From positions 2,112,001 to 2,176,000 of the forward strand of contig OZ250169.1 in NCBI GenBank assembly GCA_965237955.1: DNA of 64,000 nucleotides. The letters run 5' to 3'. Both the position numbers and the translations under genes were made by a program. Position 1 is the first letter of the stretch; every line of letters starts with the position of its first letter. Source of the stretch: Candidatus Marinacidobacterales bacterium. Its GTDB lineage: Bacteria; Acidobacteriota; Vicinamibacteria; Marinacidobacterales; SMYC01. This document shows positions 10,107-19,978 of the stretch, one piece after another. The notes under the pieces were generated by a model that searched no databases, was not told the origin of the DNA, and saw only the letters and a program-made list of their open reading frames with translations.

Positions 10107-12806
10107 CTAATCCAGCAACTCTCCTTCTACGTCGAGCCGCTTCATGCTTCCGAATTCCAGCGCGCTCAACCCGTCCGCGACTTTCTCGCCGTCGCCCACC
10201 ACCAAAAGAATGGCCTCGTCCGTGTTCAGGTATTTTGCGGCCGCAGCTTCGAGCTGATCCTTGGTGATGGACTCGATGCGCTCGGGGTAGCGACCGAGCT
10301 CGTCGGTGGAAAGACCGTACCCCTCGAGCTCGGCTATCTCGCCGGCTACTTGAGACATCGTCTCGAAACGCTGGGCGAAACCACGGACGAGGCTATCCTG
10401 CGCGTGGGCAAGCTCTTCGTCGGTGACGGGCCGACTCCACTTCGAAAGGGTGTCGAACTCGTAAAGTAGCTGTTCAATCGCCTCCTTGGTCACCGAGCTT
10501 TCGACCGGCGCCGAGCCCACGAGGATACTCTGCATCGAGCCGAAGCGAATCGATGAGAACGCCCCGTACGTGTAGCCCTTGTCCTCGCGAAGATTCAAGT
10601 TCAACCTGCCGGAAAATCCACCGCCAAGGATGTGGTTGAGCACCTCGAGGATGTAGTAGTCGTCGGTGTTTCTCGGAGGTGCGAGCTTCGCGAGACGAAG
10701 CTCTGATTGCGGCGAGCCTGGCCGGTCGACGAAATACGTGATCCTGGACGGCGGCGACACCGGCTCTATCGTTGCCTCACCGAAGGCCTCCACGTCCCAA
10801 TCACCGAGAGACCGCTCGGCGAGCGCTTCCGCTTCCGCGAGGTCGACGTCGCCCACCATGATGAGGACAGCGTTGCTGGGTGCGTAATGTGTCAAATAGA
10901 ACTGCGCGAGCTCGGTGCGCTGCATGTTGGTGACGGAATCGCGGCTTCCGACGATAGGCCAGCCGTAAGGATGCTCTCTGCCAAAAAGACATTTGCGCAG
11001 AGACTTGCCCGCGATCGCACCCGGGCTCGCCTGCTCTTGCAACATCGCATCGAGGCGTTGTTTGCGCAGCCGGTCGAGCTCTTCTCCAGGAAAGCTCGGG
11101 TGGAGCAGCACGTCCGTCATTAGCTCGAGCGACGCCGGCAAGTGGCGCTTGAGAGAATCGAGCGATACCGCGCTCCATTCACGACTTCCACCGGTCGCGA
11201 GATGGCTACCGAGCCGGTCGAGCTCGGCTTCGATTTGAAGCGAGGTGCGCGTCGTCGTCCCCTCCTCCATCATCTCCGCGGTCATCGCGGCCAGACCGCT
11301 GCGCTCGAACGACTCCGCCGTCGCCCCGACATGAATCATTAGCGCCGTGGCTACTTTGGGAATCTCACGGCGCTCGACCACGTGTAGCTCGAGACCGTTC
11401 GCGAGGGTGGTCGTCGCGATCTTGGGAACGTGGAACGCGCGGCTCGGCTTCATCGCCGGAGTCAACGAGCGGTCCGGCTCTTCGCGCTCTTCGGCGGTGG
11501 CCGTCTCCTGCAGAAAACTCACCGTGAGGCGCGGCGCCAGCAGGTAGTGTTTGGCCGCCTTGCGCAGATCTTTCGCGGTGGGCGTCTGGTAACGCTCGTA
11601 GTCTTTTTCGATGAAGTCCGGCGAGCCGAGAAACGTCTGGTACATGGCGAGCCTGTCGGCTTTGCCACCGAAGCCACCAATGCGCTCGAGTCCCGAGAGA
11701 AAATCGTACTCCTGACCCGCCTTTATGCGCTCGAGCTCTTCGTCGGTCGGCCCCTCCTTGGCGACGAGCCGAATCTCTTCGTCGATGAGCTCTTCAATGC
11801 GGCCGAGCGTCACACCGGGCCGGGCCGTCGCCACGACGCCGACGAGACCCGCGATCTCGAGACTGTAGTTGAACGCACTCACGTCCGAGGCCACTTGTTC
11901 GTCGTAAACGAGCCGTTTGTAAAAGCGCGAGTTCTTGCTGTCGGCCAGTAACGTCGTCACGAGATCGAGCGCCGCATCGTCCCGGCTGAAATACGCCACA
12001 CCCGGCCACGCCATGTAAACGCGATCCTGCGGCACGCGGTCGTAGACGGTAATTCGTTTGTTAGCGTCGAGAGTGATCTCGTAGCGCTCGGGGCGCTCGA
12101 GAGGCGGTGCGGGTTTCAACGAAGCGAAATACTTTTCCACGAGCTCCTTGGTCGTCACCGGATCGAAATCTCCCGCAACCGTCAAAACGCAATTGTTGCT
12201 CGCGTAGAAACGCCGGAAAAAGTCGTGCACGTCTTCGAGCGACGCGGCTTCGATATCTTCCATGCTGCCGATGATGTGCCACGAGTAGGGATGGCCTTGC
12301 GGAAACAGATTACGGAACAGGATCTCCACCGCGGTGCCGTAGGGCACGTTGTCCATACTTTGGCGCCGCTCGTTCTTGACGACGTCCCGCTGGTTGTCGA
12401 GGTTCTCTTGGGTGACGGCGTCGAGCAAATACCCCATGCGATCCGACTCGGCCCACAGTACGAGCTCGATCGAGCCCGACGGCACCGTCTCGAAGTAGTT
12501 GGTGCGATCGAAATTCGTCGTGCCGTTGATCCCGCCTTGCGAGGTATTGGCACCGGCACGCTCCATCAGGGAGATGTACTCCCCTTTCACGTTGCGGGAG
12601 CCTTCGAACATCATGTGCTCGAACAAGTGCGCAAAGCCCGTCTTTCCCGGCTGCTCGTTCTTGGATCCAACGTGGTACCAGAGGTTCACGTGGACAACGG
12701 GAAGTTTGTGGTCCTCGTGGAAGATGACCTGAAGACCGTTCGGGAGGCGGTAGGTCTCGAAATCGATGCGGGGTACGCTGCCAGCAAGCTTTTTTTCCTG
12801 CCTCAA
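10107..12806 (-). CDS. M16 family zinc peptidase (two-lobed, PqqL-like)
   Basis: Inverted zinc motif HLFEH in GKTGFAHLFEHMMFEGS; RLNLNLREDKGYTY; TTG 12806 after AAGGAG. Confidence 0.93.
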   Translation of the reverse strand: MRQEKKLAGSVPRIDFETYRLPNGLQVIFHEDHKLPVVHVNLWYHVGSKNEQPGKTGFAHLFEHMMFEGSRNVKGEYISLMERAGANTSQGGINGTTNFDRTNYFETVPSGSIELVLWAESDRMGYLLDAVTQENLDNQRDVVKNERRQSMDNVPYGTAVEILFRNLFPQGHPYSWHIIGSMEDIEAASLEDVHDFFRRFYASNNCVLTVAGDFDPVTTKELVEKYFASLKPAPPLERPERYEITLDANKRITVYDRVPQDRVYMAWPGVAYFSRDDAALDLVTTLLADSKNSRFYKRLVYDEQVASDVSAFNYSLEIAGLVGVVATARPGVTLGRIEELIDEEIRLVAKEGPTDEELERIKAGQEYDFLSGLERIGGFGGKADRLAMYQTFLGSPDFIEKDYERYQTPTAKDLRKAAKHYLLAPRLTVSFLQETATAEEREEPDRSLTPAMKPSRAFHVPKIATTTLANGLELHVVERREIPKVATALMIHVGATAESFERSGLAAMTAEMMEEGTTTRTSLQIEAELDRLGSHLATGGSREWSAVSLDSLKRHLPASLELMTDVLLHPSFPGEELDRLRKQRLDAMLQEQASPGAIAGKSLRKCLFGREHPYGWPIVGSRDSVTNMQRTELAQFYLTHYAPSNAVLIMVGDVDLAEAEALAERSLGDWDVEAFGEATIEPVSPPSRITYFVDRPGSPQSELRLAKLAPPRNTDDYYILEVLNHILGGGFSGRLNLNLREDKGYTYGAFSSIRFGSMQSILVGSAPVESSVTKEAIEQLLYEFDTLSKWSRPVTDEELAHAQDSLVRGFAQRFETMSQVAGEIAELEGYGLSTDELGRYPERIESITKDQLEAAAAKYLNTDEAILLVVGDGEKVADGLSALEFGSMKRLDVEGELLD

Positions 12807-12879
12807 CGAAGCTCCTTTCTCGGAATGGTGTAACGAAGGGTATCTACCTGTCCTATATAATACCGCCTCGGGAGACCTT

Positions 12880-13971
12880 ATGAACGCCTTGTTGCTCGTG
12901 GCAGTGATGACACAGGAGCTCTTCACGACTCCCTTGTCGCTCGAGCAAATGCAGGGGAAGCAGGCCGTTTTCGAAACGACGAGGGGCGAATTCGTCATCG
13001 AGTTTCTACCCGAAAAGGCGCCGAACCACGTCGGCTACTTCATGAAGCTCATCCAAGAGGGCGCCTTCGACAACACGGCGTTCCACCGCCTCATCAAATA
13101 CGGCATCGTGCAAGGCGGTGACCCCAAGACCAAAGATCCAGCGGCCACGGCAGAGTACGGGACCGGCGGCCTCGGCTTCTTGGCCCGCGAGCTCAACGAC
13201 GAAAAGCACACCCGGGGGGCCATCTCCGCAGTGCAAATCCCGGGAAGGCCTGACAGCGCCGGGTCGCAGTTTTTCATCGTCGTCACCGACCAGTCCGCGC
13301 TCGACGGGCAATACACGGTGTTCGCTCGTGTCGTCGAAGGCATCAACTCGATCCAGACGATGTCGGAGATACCTATTGACGAGAACGGTCTCCCGACGGA
13401 GCGCATCGAAGTCACCACCGTTACGCTTCGGGACAAACCGCCACCGGAGATCCCGCCGTTTTCGACCGAGACTGTCGAAGAGCTCGCGAGCTACCGGGCC
13501 GTCCTCGTCACGTCGTTCGGCGAAATCGTCGTCGAGTTTTTTACCGAGAAAGCGCCGCACCATGTGCGCAACTTCTTGCGCCTGGCACAAATCGGCGCCT
13601 ACGAAGGCGTCGCATTCCATCGCATCGTTCCCGGTTTCGTCATCCAAACAGGATTTCTTCAGACCCGGCACCGGCCGGCGTCGGAGCGCATCATGAACTA
13701 TGTCGAAAAGCTCGAGCCGGAGTTCAATGACACCCTCCACATTTCCGGCATCGTGTCCATGGCACGCGGGGATGAGCCCGGGAGCGCCGATACGTCGTTT
13801 TTCATCGTGACCGGCATCGCGAGCTCGCTCGACAACAACTACACTGCCTTCGGTCACGTCGTCGACGGGATGCAAGTCGTCAAAGCCATCGAAGCCATCC
13901 CCACCGACGGCGACAAGCCGCTCGCACGCGTCGACCTCTCTTCCGTCCACATCGAGAAGAAAGAGAATTAA
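12880..13971 (+). CDS. Peptidyl-prolyl isomerase with two cyclophilin domains
   Basis: Two repeats of KAPxHV..FHR..QxG..GxxS..SAxxxFFIV..LDxxYTxF; ATG 12880 after GGAG. Confidence 0.93.
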   Translation: MNALLLVAVMTQELFTTPLSLEQMQGKQAVFETTRGEFVIEFLPEKAPNHVGYFMKLIQEGAFDNTAFHRLIKYGIVQGGDPKTKDPAATAEYGTGGLGFLARELNDEKHTRGAISAVQIPGRPDSAGSQFFIVVTDQSALDGQYTVFARVVEGINSIQTMSEIPIDENGLPTERIEVTTVTLRDKPPPEIPPFSTETVEELASYRAVLVTSFGEIVVEFFTEKAPHHVRNFLRLAQIGAYEGVAFHRIVPGFVIQTGFLQTRHRPASERIMNYVEKLEPEFNDTLHISGIVSMARGDEPGSADTSFFIVTGIASSLDNNYTAFGHVVDGMQVVKAIEAIPTDGDKPLARVDLSSVHIEKKEN

Positions 13972-14095
13972 CGCAAAGGCGCAAAGACGCGAAGACGCAA
14001 AGAAGAGCGAATCCCGCGAGATATTATCGATCCATGATAGACATCGCATTTTCTCTCCAACACTTTGCGCCTTTGCGCCTTCGCGCCTTTGCGTT
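13970..14095. repeat. Palindrome with CGCAAAG(A/G) octamer arms, copy A
   Basis: 33-nt arms 13970-14002 and 14063-14095 around a unique spacer. Confidence 0.9.
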
Positions 14096-14124
14096 GAAAA
14101 GATCCAACTGGAGTCATCACCTAG

Positions 14125-15111
14125 ATGCCTGATGTCGACGTCGCTATCATCGGAGGAGGACCCAGCGGGCTGGCGGCGGCCATCGAGTGCACGACAAAAG
14201 GCCTGTCGTACGTCGTCGTCGAGAAGGGCTCGCTCGTCGACGCCATCAGGCGATTCCCGATGAACATGGTGTTCTTCACCACACCGGATCTTCTCGAGAT
14301 CGGCGAGCTTCCGCTCGTGTGCGCGCGCGAGAAACCGTCGCGGCTCGAGGCTCTGAAGTACTACCGGCGTGTGACCGAGTATTACCGTCTTCAGGTAAAG
14401 CTCTACGAAAGAGTCGATGGCGTCCGTCCGGTCAACGGTCACTTCGAGCTTTCGAGCTCGTACCAACGCGGGCAAGTCGGCTCGCCCGAGTCGATGACGG
14501 CACGAAAGCTCGTCGTCGCCACCGGCTACTACGACAACCCCAACTTCCTCGGGATTCCCGGCGAAGATCTTCCCAAAGTCTCGCACTACTACACCGAGGC
14601 GCATCCCTACTTCGGCCTGGACGTCGCCGTCATCGGCGGCGCCAACTCAGCTGCGGAGACGGTTCTCAACCTGTACCGCTCGGGCGTCAAAGTGCGCCTC
14701 ATCCACCGCGACAGCGATTTGTCGACGCACATCAAATACTGGGTACGTCCCGACATCAAAAACCGCATCACTCGTGGAGAAGTCGAGGCGCACCTCGAGA
14801 CCCAAGTCGTCGAGATACGTCAGGGCGAGCTCGTGCTCGAGAAGAAAGGGGGCGAGCGCTTCACGATACCGAACGACGCCGTGCTCGCGCTGACGGGCTA
14901 CCAGCCGGACTACACGTTCCTAGAGTCCATGGGTATTGCCATCGATCACGACACCGGGAAGCCGCAGACCGACGCGGAAACGTGCGAGACGAACGTCTCG
15001 GGCATCTATCTCGCCGGCGGTATCGTCGCCGGACGGCAGACCAACAAGATCTTCATCGAGAACGGCCGCTTCCACGGACAGAAGATCATCAAACATCTAA
15101 CCGGCCACTAA
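14125..15111 (+). CDS. ypdA: YpdA family putative bacillithiol disulfide reductase
   Basis: GGGPSG FAD motif; FPMNMVFFTTPDLLEIG, ATGYYDNPN, HIKYWVRP, IFIENGRFH. Confidence 0.9.
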   Translation: MPDVDVAIIGGGPSGLAAAIECTTKGLSYVVVEKGSLVDAIRRFPMNMVFFTTPDLLEIGELPLVCAREKPSRLEALKYYRRVTEYYRLQVKLYERVDGVRPVNGHFELSSSYQRGQVGSPESMTARKLVVATGYYDNPNFLGIPGEDLPKVSHYYTEAHPYFGLDVAVIGGANSAAETVLNLYRSGVKVRLIHRDSDLSTHIKYWVRPDIKNRITRGEVEAHLETQVVEIRQGELVLEKKGGERFTIPNDAVLALTGYQPDYTFLESMGIAIDHDTGKPQTDAETCETNVSGIYLAGGIVAGRQTNKIFIENGRFHGQKIIKHLTGH

Positions 15112-15112
15112 A

Positions 15113-15176
15113 CTTCCCCCGTGGGGGAGAGCGTTTCACGGAGGCGCGCTCGGGCACTTCGAGCCGGGTGAGGGGG
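15113..15176. repeat. Degenerate REP-like element (CCCTCACCC/CTCTCCC family)
   Basis: cttcccccgtgggggagag..cgggtgaggggg; related inverted copy at 17782-17835. Confidence 0.5.
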
Positions 15177-15181
15177 AACCT

Positions 15182-16834
15182 CTGCGAGTAGACATCGCCA
15201 TCCGCAACGGTCGCGTGATCGATGGCACCGGTGCCCCTGAGCGACACGCCGACGTTGCGATCCTCGACGGGCGCGTCGTCAGCATCGATGAGCCTGAGCG
15301 TGTAGACGCCCACACCGTCATCGACGCGTCTGGCAAAGTCGTAGCACCCGGCTTCGTGGACATCCACTCGCACGGTGACGTCGTCCTCGCGTGGCCGTCG
15401 GACGATCGTCTGTCCCTGATCGAAGGCCGCATCGGGCAAGGGATCACGACAGAAATCCTCGGAAACTGTGGGCTCGGCGCATCACCTCTTTTCGGTCACG
15501 GGGCCGAGCTTCTGCCGCAAATCAACGGGTGGATGACGCCGGCGTCGTTCGATTGGAGCTGGCGCGACCTCGCTGGCTATTTCGATCATCTCGAAGCGCT
15601 CGGCCTTCCGCTCAACGTGGGGACTCTCGTTCCGCACGGCGCGTTGCGGCTCGGCGCCGCCCATCTCGCACCCGGCGAGACCGACGACACCGCGCGACGG
15701 CAGATGACGGCGGAGCTCGATCGAGCGCTCGAGCAAGGTGGCTTCGGTCTTTCCGCCGGGCTCATCTACCCGCCCGGGATGTACACATCGACCAACGAGC
15801 TCATAGCACTCGCACGTCGTCTCGTGGCTCACGACGCCGTCTTCACGTCCCACGTTCGCGGCTCGAGTGAGACGCTTCTCGATTCTGTCGGCGAGCTCAT
15901 CGACATCGGCCGCAAAGCGAACGTGCACGTGCACCACTCGCACGTTGAGGCCGTCGGCCGAGCCCATTGGCCGAAGCTGGAGCGTTTTTTGGACATGGAG
16001 AGCAAAGCACGGAGCGAGGGGATTCATCTCAGCGCCGACATGTTCCCCTACCCCGTGGCTGCCACGATGATGCTCGCCATCTACCCGCCGTGGTCTCTCG
16101 AAGGCGGGCTTCCCCGCCTCCTCGAACGCCTGCAAGACGATGACACCCGGGAGCGCATTCGTCGTGACATCGATAACGTTCGTCCCCAATGGCCTCCGTG
16201 GGAAGAGGGTGGCTGGCCGCACAACCTCGTCATGGCGGTCGGCTGGGATCGGATCTGCATCTCCAGCATCTCCACCGGGGGCTCCGATGCAAACAAGCCT
16301 GTCGAGGGACTGTCGCTCGCCGAGCTCGGTAAGCGACGACGCTCCTCGCCTTTCGATGCGATCTCGGATCTCATGATCGAAGAAGACGGCAACGTCGGAC
16401 AATTCGTCCTCGACATCACTGGCGAAGACGGGCTCCGAGAGCTCGTGCGCCGGCCCGATATCGCGTTCATCACCGACGCCAACGACTACGGCAAGGGAAA
16501 GCCCCATCCCGCCGCCTATGGAAGCTTCCCGCGCGTGCTCGGCCGCTACGTCAGGGACGAATCGCTCCTGAGCTTGCCGGAAGCCATCCGCCGGATGACG
16601 TCGTTACCGGCCGACACGATAGGTCTCGAAGGGCGCGGTCGTCTGCAAAAAGGAGCGTGGGCCGATATCGTAGTGTTCGACCCGGACGTTGTTCGCGACG
16701 AGGCCACTCTCGACGAACCGCGGAGACACGCCCGAGGCATCGACGCCGTGTTCGTGAACGGCACCCTGACCTATGAGCGTGGCCAGCTGACCGGAGAGCT
16801 GGCCGGCTCGATACTCCGGCGCGGTGGGTCTTGA
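15182..16834 (+). CDS. N-acyl-D-amino-acid deacylase (amidohydrolase)
   Basis: VIDGTG, PGFVDIHSH, GITTEILGNCG, PHPAAYGSFPRVL, ADIVVFDP; homology extends to LRVDIAIRNG at 15182, start uncertain. Confidence 0.9.
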   Translation: MRVDIAIRNGRVIDGTGAPERHADVAILDGRVVSIDEPERVDAHTVIDASGKVVAPGFVDIHSHGDVVLAWPSDDRLSLIEGRIGQGITTEILGNCGLGASPLFGHGAELLPQINGWMTPASFDWSWRDLAGYFDHLEALGLPLNVGTLVPHGALRLGAAHLAPGETDDTARRQMTAELDRALEQGGFGLSAGLIYPPGMYTSTNELIALARRLVAHDAVFTSHVRGSSETLLDSVGELIDIGRKANVHVHHSHVEAVGRAHWPKLERFLDMESKARSEGIHLSADMFPYPVAATMMLAIYPPWSLEGGLPRLLERLQDDDTRERIRRDIDNVRPQWPPWEEGGWPHNLVMAVGWDRICISSISTGGSDANKPVEGLSLAELGKRRRSSPFDAISDLMIEEDGNVGQFVLDITGEDGLRELVRRPDIAFITDANDYGKGKPHPAAYGSFPRVLGRYVRDESLLSLPEAIRRMTSLPADTIGLEGRGRLQKGAWADIVVFDPDVVRDEATLDEPRRHARGIDAVFVNGTLTYERGQLTGELAGSILRRGGS

Positions 16835-16882
16835 AGTGTTCGGTCACGCTTTTGATCAACATGTATACAAGAGGCGATAGGC

Positions 16883-17023
16883 TCATCGCAGCAACCGTTG
16901 CAGTTCTTGGGTACCTCGGTTCAACGGGTAGAACCACTCCACGCCGCGCTCGGTGACGATGGCGTCGTCTTCGAGCGGGATGCGCACCTTCTTGCCGCCG
17001 AACTCCTCGGTCTTTGTAGGCAT
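16883..17023 (-). pseudogene. C-terminal remnant of M24 (Xaa-Pro) peptidase
   Basis: EFGGKKVRIPLEDDAIVTERGVEWFYPLN matches the M24 terminal 'EDD..VT..G.E' segment only. Confidence 0.55.
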
Positions 17024-17102
17024 CGTATAGCAGCGGCGAGTTGCTTGGAACGCCGCCACCTGACAGAATCGCCGCGTCAGTCTTATCAGGGGGACGAAGT
17101 CA

Positions 17103-17720
17103 GTGACCAAGAGCGCACCGGAGACGAAAAAGGCGGGTCGACCCTCACGCTTGAACGAGCGACGCGGTCAGATTCTCGAGAAAGCCGCACATCTGTTCTG
17201 CCTCAAAGGCTACGATTCGACATCGATGAGCGACATCGCCGACGAAGTCGGCATCACTAAGGCGGGCCTCTACTACTTCGTCGAAGGCAAGGAGCACCTG
17301 CTGTACCTGATTACGGACTATGGCCTGGACCTTCTCGAAGAGACGGTCATCGAGCCGCTGAAATCCATCGAAGAGCCCAAGGCATTATTGAACGAGCTCA
17401 TCAAGTTGCACACCCACATGGTGCTGAACCGCCCGCGCGAAGTCACCATCATCCTCCACGAGAGAACGGCTCTGACCGGTGTTTATCGCGAGAAGATCCT
17501 GCAGAGGAAAAAGGAGTACATCAACTACGTGAGGAACTTGCTGATCCGACTGCAGGAACGAGGTGAGGCGAGGCGCGACCTCGACGCGACCGCCGCGACC
17601 TTCTTCCTGCTGGGTTCGTTGAACTGGATCTACCAGTGGTACAAGGTCGACGGCCCGCTGACCGAAGAACAGCTCGCCCGCGAACTGACCGAACACTTTA
17701 CGAGAGGCTTCTTAAGATGA
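17103..17720 (+). CDS. TetR/AcrR family regulator
   Basis: GYDSTSMSDIADEVGITKAGLYYFVEGKE HTH; LNWIYQWYK C-terminal motif. Confidence 0.93.
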   Translation: MTKSAPETKKAGRPSRLNERRGQILEKAAHLFCLKGYDSTSMSDIADEVGITKAGLYYFVEGKEHLLYLITDYGLDLLEETVIEPLKSIEEPKALLNELIKLHTHMVLNRPREVTIILHERTALTGVYREKILQRKKEYINYVRNLLIRLQERGEARRDLDATAATFFLLGSLNWIYQWYKVDGPLTEEQLARELTEHFTRGFLR

Positions 17721-17781
17721 ACGACGAGCGTTACATTCGGCGTACGAGAGACTTCGAGTCACAGTGAGTCGTGCGGTCGCA

Positions 17782-17835
17782 CCCTCACCCCCCTCGTATC
17801 GGCAGAACTCGGGACCCTCTCCCGCATAGGGAAGA
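17782..17835. repeat. Degenerate REP-like element (CCCTCACCC/CTCTCCC family)
   Basis: ccctcacccccc..accctctcccgcatagggaaga between convergent genes. Confidence 0.5.
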
Positions 17836-17847
17836 AAACCCGAATTC

Positions 17848-18195
17848 TTAACGCGTTGGTTTGCCGACGCCGGCGGCGGAAAGCTCGATGACTTCCAGGA
17901 GCTGATCCTGCAAGTCGGGGTTTCCGACTTTGCGCCAGTGGCTCAAGAGCTTCTCTTCCTCCTTGTTCTCCGCAAGCGGCTTTCTGGTGCGGCTCTCGGG
18001 AATCAGGTCGGAAACGCTCACGCCGAGCGAGTTGCTGATCTTCTTGAGCCAGTCGAGCGACGTGCGCCGCCGACCCTGCTCGAAATTCGAAAGCGCCGAC
18101 GGCGATAGCCCGGCTTTTCGCGCCAGTTCTTCCTGGAGCATCCCCTGCTTCTGGCGAAGCTCGCGAATACGCTGTCCAACTTGTGCGTGCATCAA
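17848..18195 (-). CDS. XRE/Cro-C1 family HTH regulator
   Basis: IRELRQKQGMLQEELARKAGLSPSALSNFEQGRR. Confidence 0.9.
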   Translation of the reverse strand: MMHAQVGQRIRELRQKQGMLQEELARKAGLSPSALSNFEQGRRRTSLDWLKKISNSLGVSVSDLIPESRTRKPLAENKEEEKLLSHWRKVGNPDLQDQLLEVIELSAAGVGKPTR

Positions 18196-18318
18196 ATTCT
18201 CCCCCGTCCTTCTTTCGAAGGGTTCATTTCAAATAAAAAGAAATCCAGCCGCCACAATAGCACAGCGCCCACGCTCAAAAAACCTGCGGGAAACACGGGT
18301 GTAAGTTAGGTAGGGCAA

Positions 18319-18461
18319 CATCCAGCATCCGGCATCCAGCATCCAGCATTCAGTTCACATCACGCCGTGCCGCTCGAAGGCGACGGTGCCGTCCCCGCAA
18401 GGCCGAGACTCCGAGGAGCTCGGTCCGAGTTGCACTGAATGCTGAATGCTGGACGCCGAAT
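18319..18461. repeat. Palindrome with CAT(C/T)CAG heptamer arms
   Basis: Five heptamers 18319-18353 and inverted heptamers 18435-18461 around a unique spacer. Confidence 0.85.
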
Positions 18462-18514
18462 CGCGTCCGGATCTTGTGCTACAATAAAGAGTTTCCATTG
18501 AGGAGGATCATACG

Positions 18515-18745
18515 TTGGATATCGAAGAGGCCGCATTGTTCGTGAGAATCAACATCGCCGCCCAGCGCGCGAGGCAGATCATGCAGGGCGCGGCGCCGAA
18601 GATCCACAGCCGCTCCCGCAAGCCAGCCGCCATCGCCGTCCAGGAGCTCGACGATGGTCTCATTGAAGCGTTCACGTCTGCAGAGCTCCCCGATCCACCC
18701 GAAGATGCCCTTCTCGACGATGAGGGAGAAGAGGCGAATTTCTAG
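18515..18745 (+). CDS. rpoZ: RNA polymerase omega subunit
   Basis: IAAQRARQIMQGA.P..KPAAIAVQEL; GAGGAGG RBS; TGnTACAAT extended -10 upstream. Confidence 0.85.
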   Translation: MDIEEAALFVRINIAAQRARQIMQGAAPKIHSRSRKPAAIAVQELDDGLIEAFTSAELPDPPEDALLDDEGEEANF

Positions 18746-18768
18746 GCGGGGCCTCTACACCTTTCGGT

Positions 18769-19971
18769 TCAGCTGACGATCCCCTCCACCCGTTCTTTCT
18801 TCAAGAACGTCTTGAGCGCGTCCGCCGTCGCGGTGACCCTGTCGAGATGGTACTTGGATAGCACGTCCTTCATGTAAGGATGGTGCCGCACGAGCTCCCG
18901 CAGCTCGTCCTCTTCGATTTTGAGAAGCTCGGTGTCCTCGAGCGCATGCACGGTGGCGGTTCGCGGTACGCCGGTGAGAAACGCGACCTCTCCGAAAAAC
19001 TGATGCCAGCCGAGGGTCGCAAGCTCGACGAGCTCGCCTTGAATCGTAGCTTTCACCGTCAGCGAACCTTCCTTGATCACGAAGAGTGCCCCGCCGTGCT
19101 CACCTTCCTGAAAAGCGTCCTGCCCCTTCGATATTGTCACCAGCTTGAAGCGCGGCGCGAGCCGGGCGCGGTCCTTCGACGGTAGCATTTCGAACAGAGG
19201 TGACTGCGACAGCACGTTCACCAGCGCTCGATCGCGGAACATGGTGAACAGGACTTCTGCCAGCCGCGGCTGGTTCTGGACGACCCCACGCATCTTGTCG
19301 GCAGACAGCTCGAGAAGCTCGGAGCGCTCGATGGCGCGCACGGTCGCGGTCCGCGGTGTGCGCATGAGAAACGAAAACTCGCCGAAACACTGTCCCGAAG
19401 ATATCAGCCCGAGCTTCGATCCGGCCGCTTTGGCTTCGAGGAGCCCTTCGTTCACGAAGTAGAGCGATTCGCCCGCATCCCCTTCCTGAAACAGTATCTG
19501 TTCTTCGGAAAGTTCGTGGCGTCTCATGGTCGCGGCGACGTCGGATAGCTCTTCCGGCGTCAAATCCGACAGAAGCGGAATGTCGTCGAGGGGCGTGATC
19601 GGTCGGACGGCCACGGTTTGCGCGGCTTTGGCTTTCTGCTCGTCGCGAAGGCTCTCGACTTTCACTTTTGCTACGTAGGCCAGTGGGTTGTCGAACTTGG
19701 GGTCGATTTCGACGACTTTGAGGCCCGCGGTGATGGCACCAAGAACGTCGCCGTCCACGACGAGCTGCTCCTGGATCTTGACGTATTGGGAGATTGCCGC
19801 ATCTCGATTTCCCATCTCGAGCTGCACATCAGCGAGCTTTCGCCTGACGTCCGCGTCTGACGGGAACTTCGCAACGGGGCTCTGGAGAGCATCAGCCGCC
19901 TTCTCGAGCTTGCCGGACCGGCGAAGCCTTTCGGCCGCGCGAAGCTCGGCTGCGCTCGTGACATTGCTCAT
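18769..19971 (-). CDS. TPR protein with two cyclic-nucleotide-binding domains
   Basis: Own ATG 19971; FGEFSFLMRTPRTATV and FGEVAFLTGVPRTATV cassettes; N-terminal helical repeats. Confidence 0.85.
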   Translation of the reverse strand: MSNVTSAAELRAAERLRRSGKLEKAADALQSPVAKFPSDADVRRKLADVQLEMGNRDAAISQYVKIQEQLVVDGDVLGAITAGLKVVEIDPKFDNPLAYVAKVKVESLRDEQKAKAAQTVAVRPITPLDDIPLLSDLTPEELSDVAATMRRHELSEEQILFQEGDAGESLYFVNEGLLEAKAAGSKLGLISSGQCFGEFSFLMRTPRTATVRAIERSELLELSADKMRGVVQNQPRLAEVLFTMFRDRALVNVLSQSPLFEMLPSKDRARLAPRFKLVTISKGQDAFQEGEHGGALFVIKEGSLTVKATIQGELVELATLGWHQFFGEVAFLTGVPRTATVHALEDTELLKIEEDELRELVRHHPYMKDVLSKYHLDRVTATADALKTFLKKERVEGIVS

Positions 19972-19978
19972 TGTCTCG

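Noticed and set aside
12766-12998. Overlapping divergent genes (M16 peptidase and cyclophilin)
   Set aside because: Artefact of longest-ORF calling; RBS-supported starts at 12806 and 12880 remove the overlap.
17717-17760. MNDERYIRRT stub overlapping the TetR stop, resembling a deaminase N-terminus
   Set aside because: Too short to support homology.
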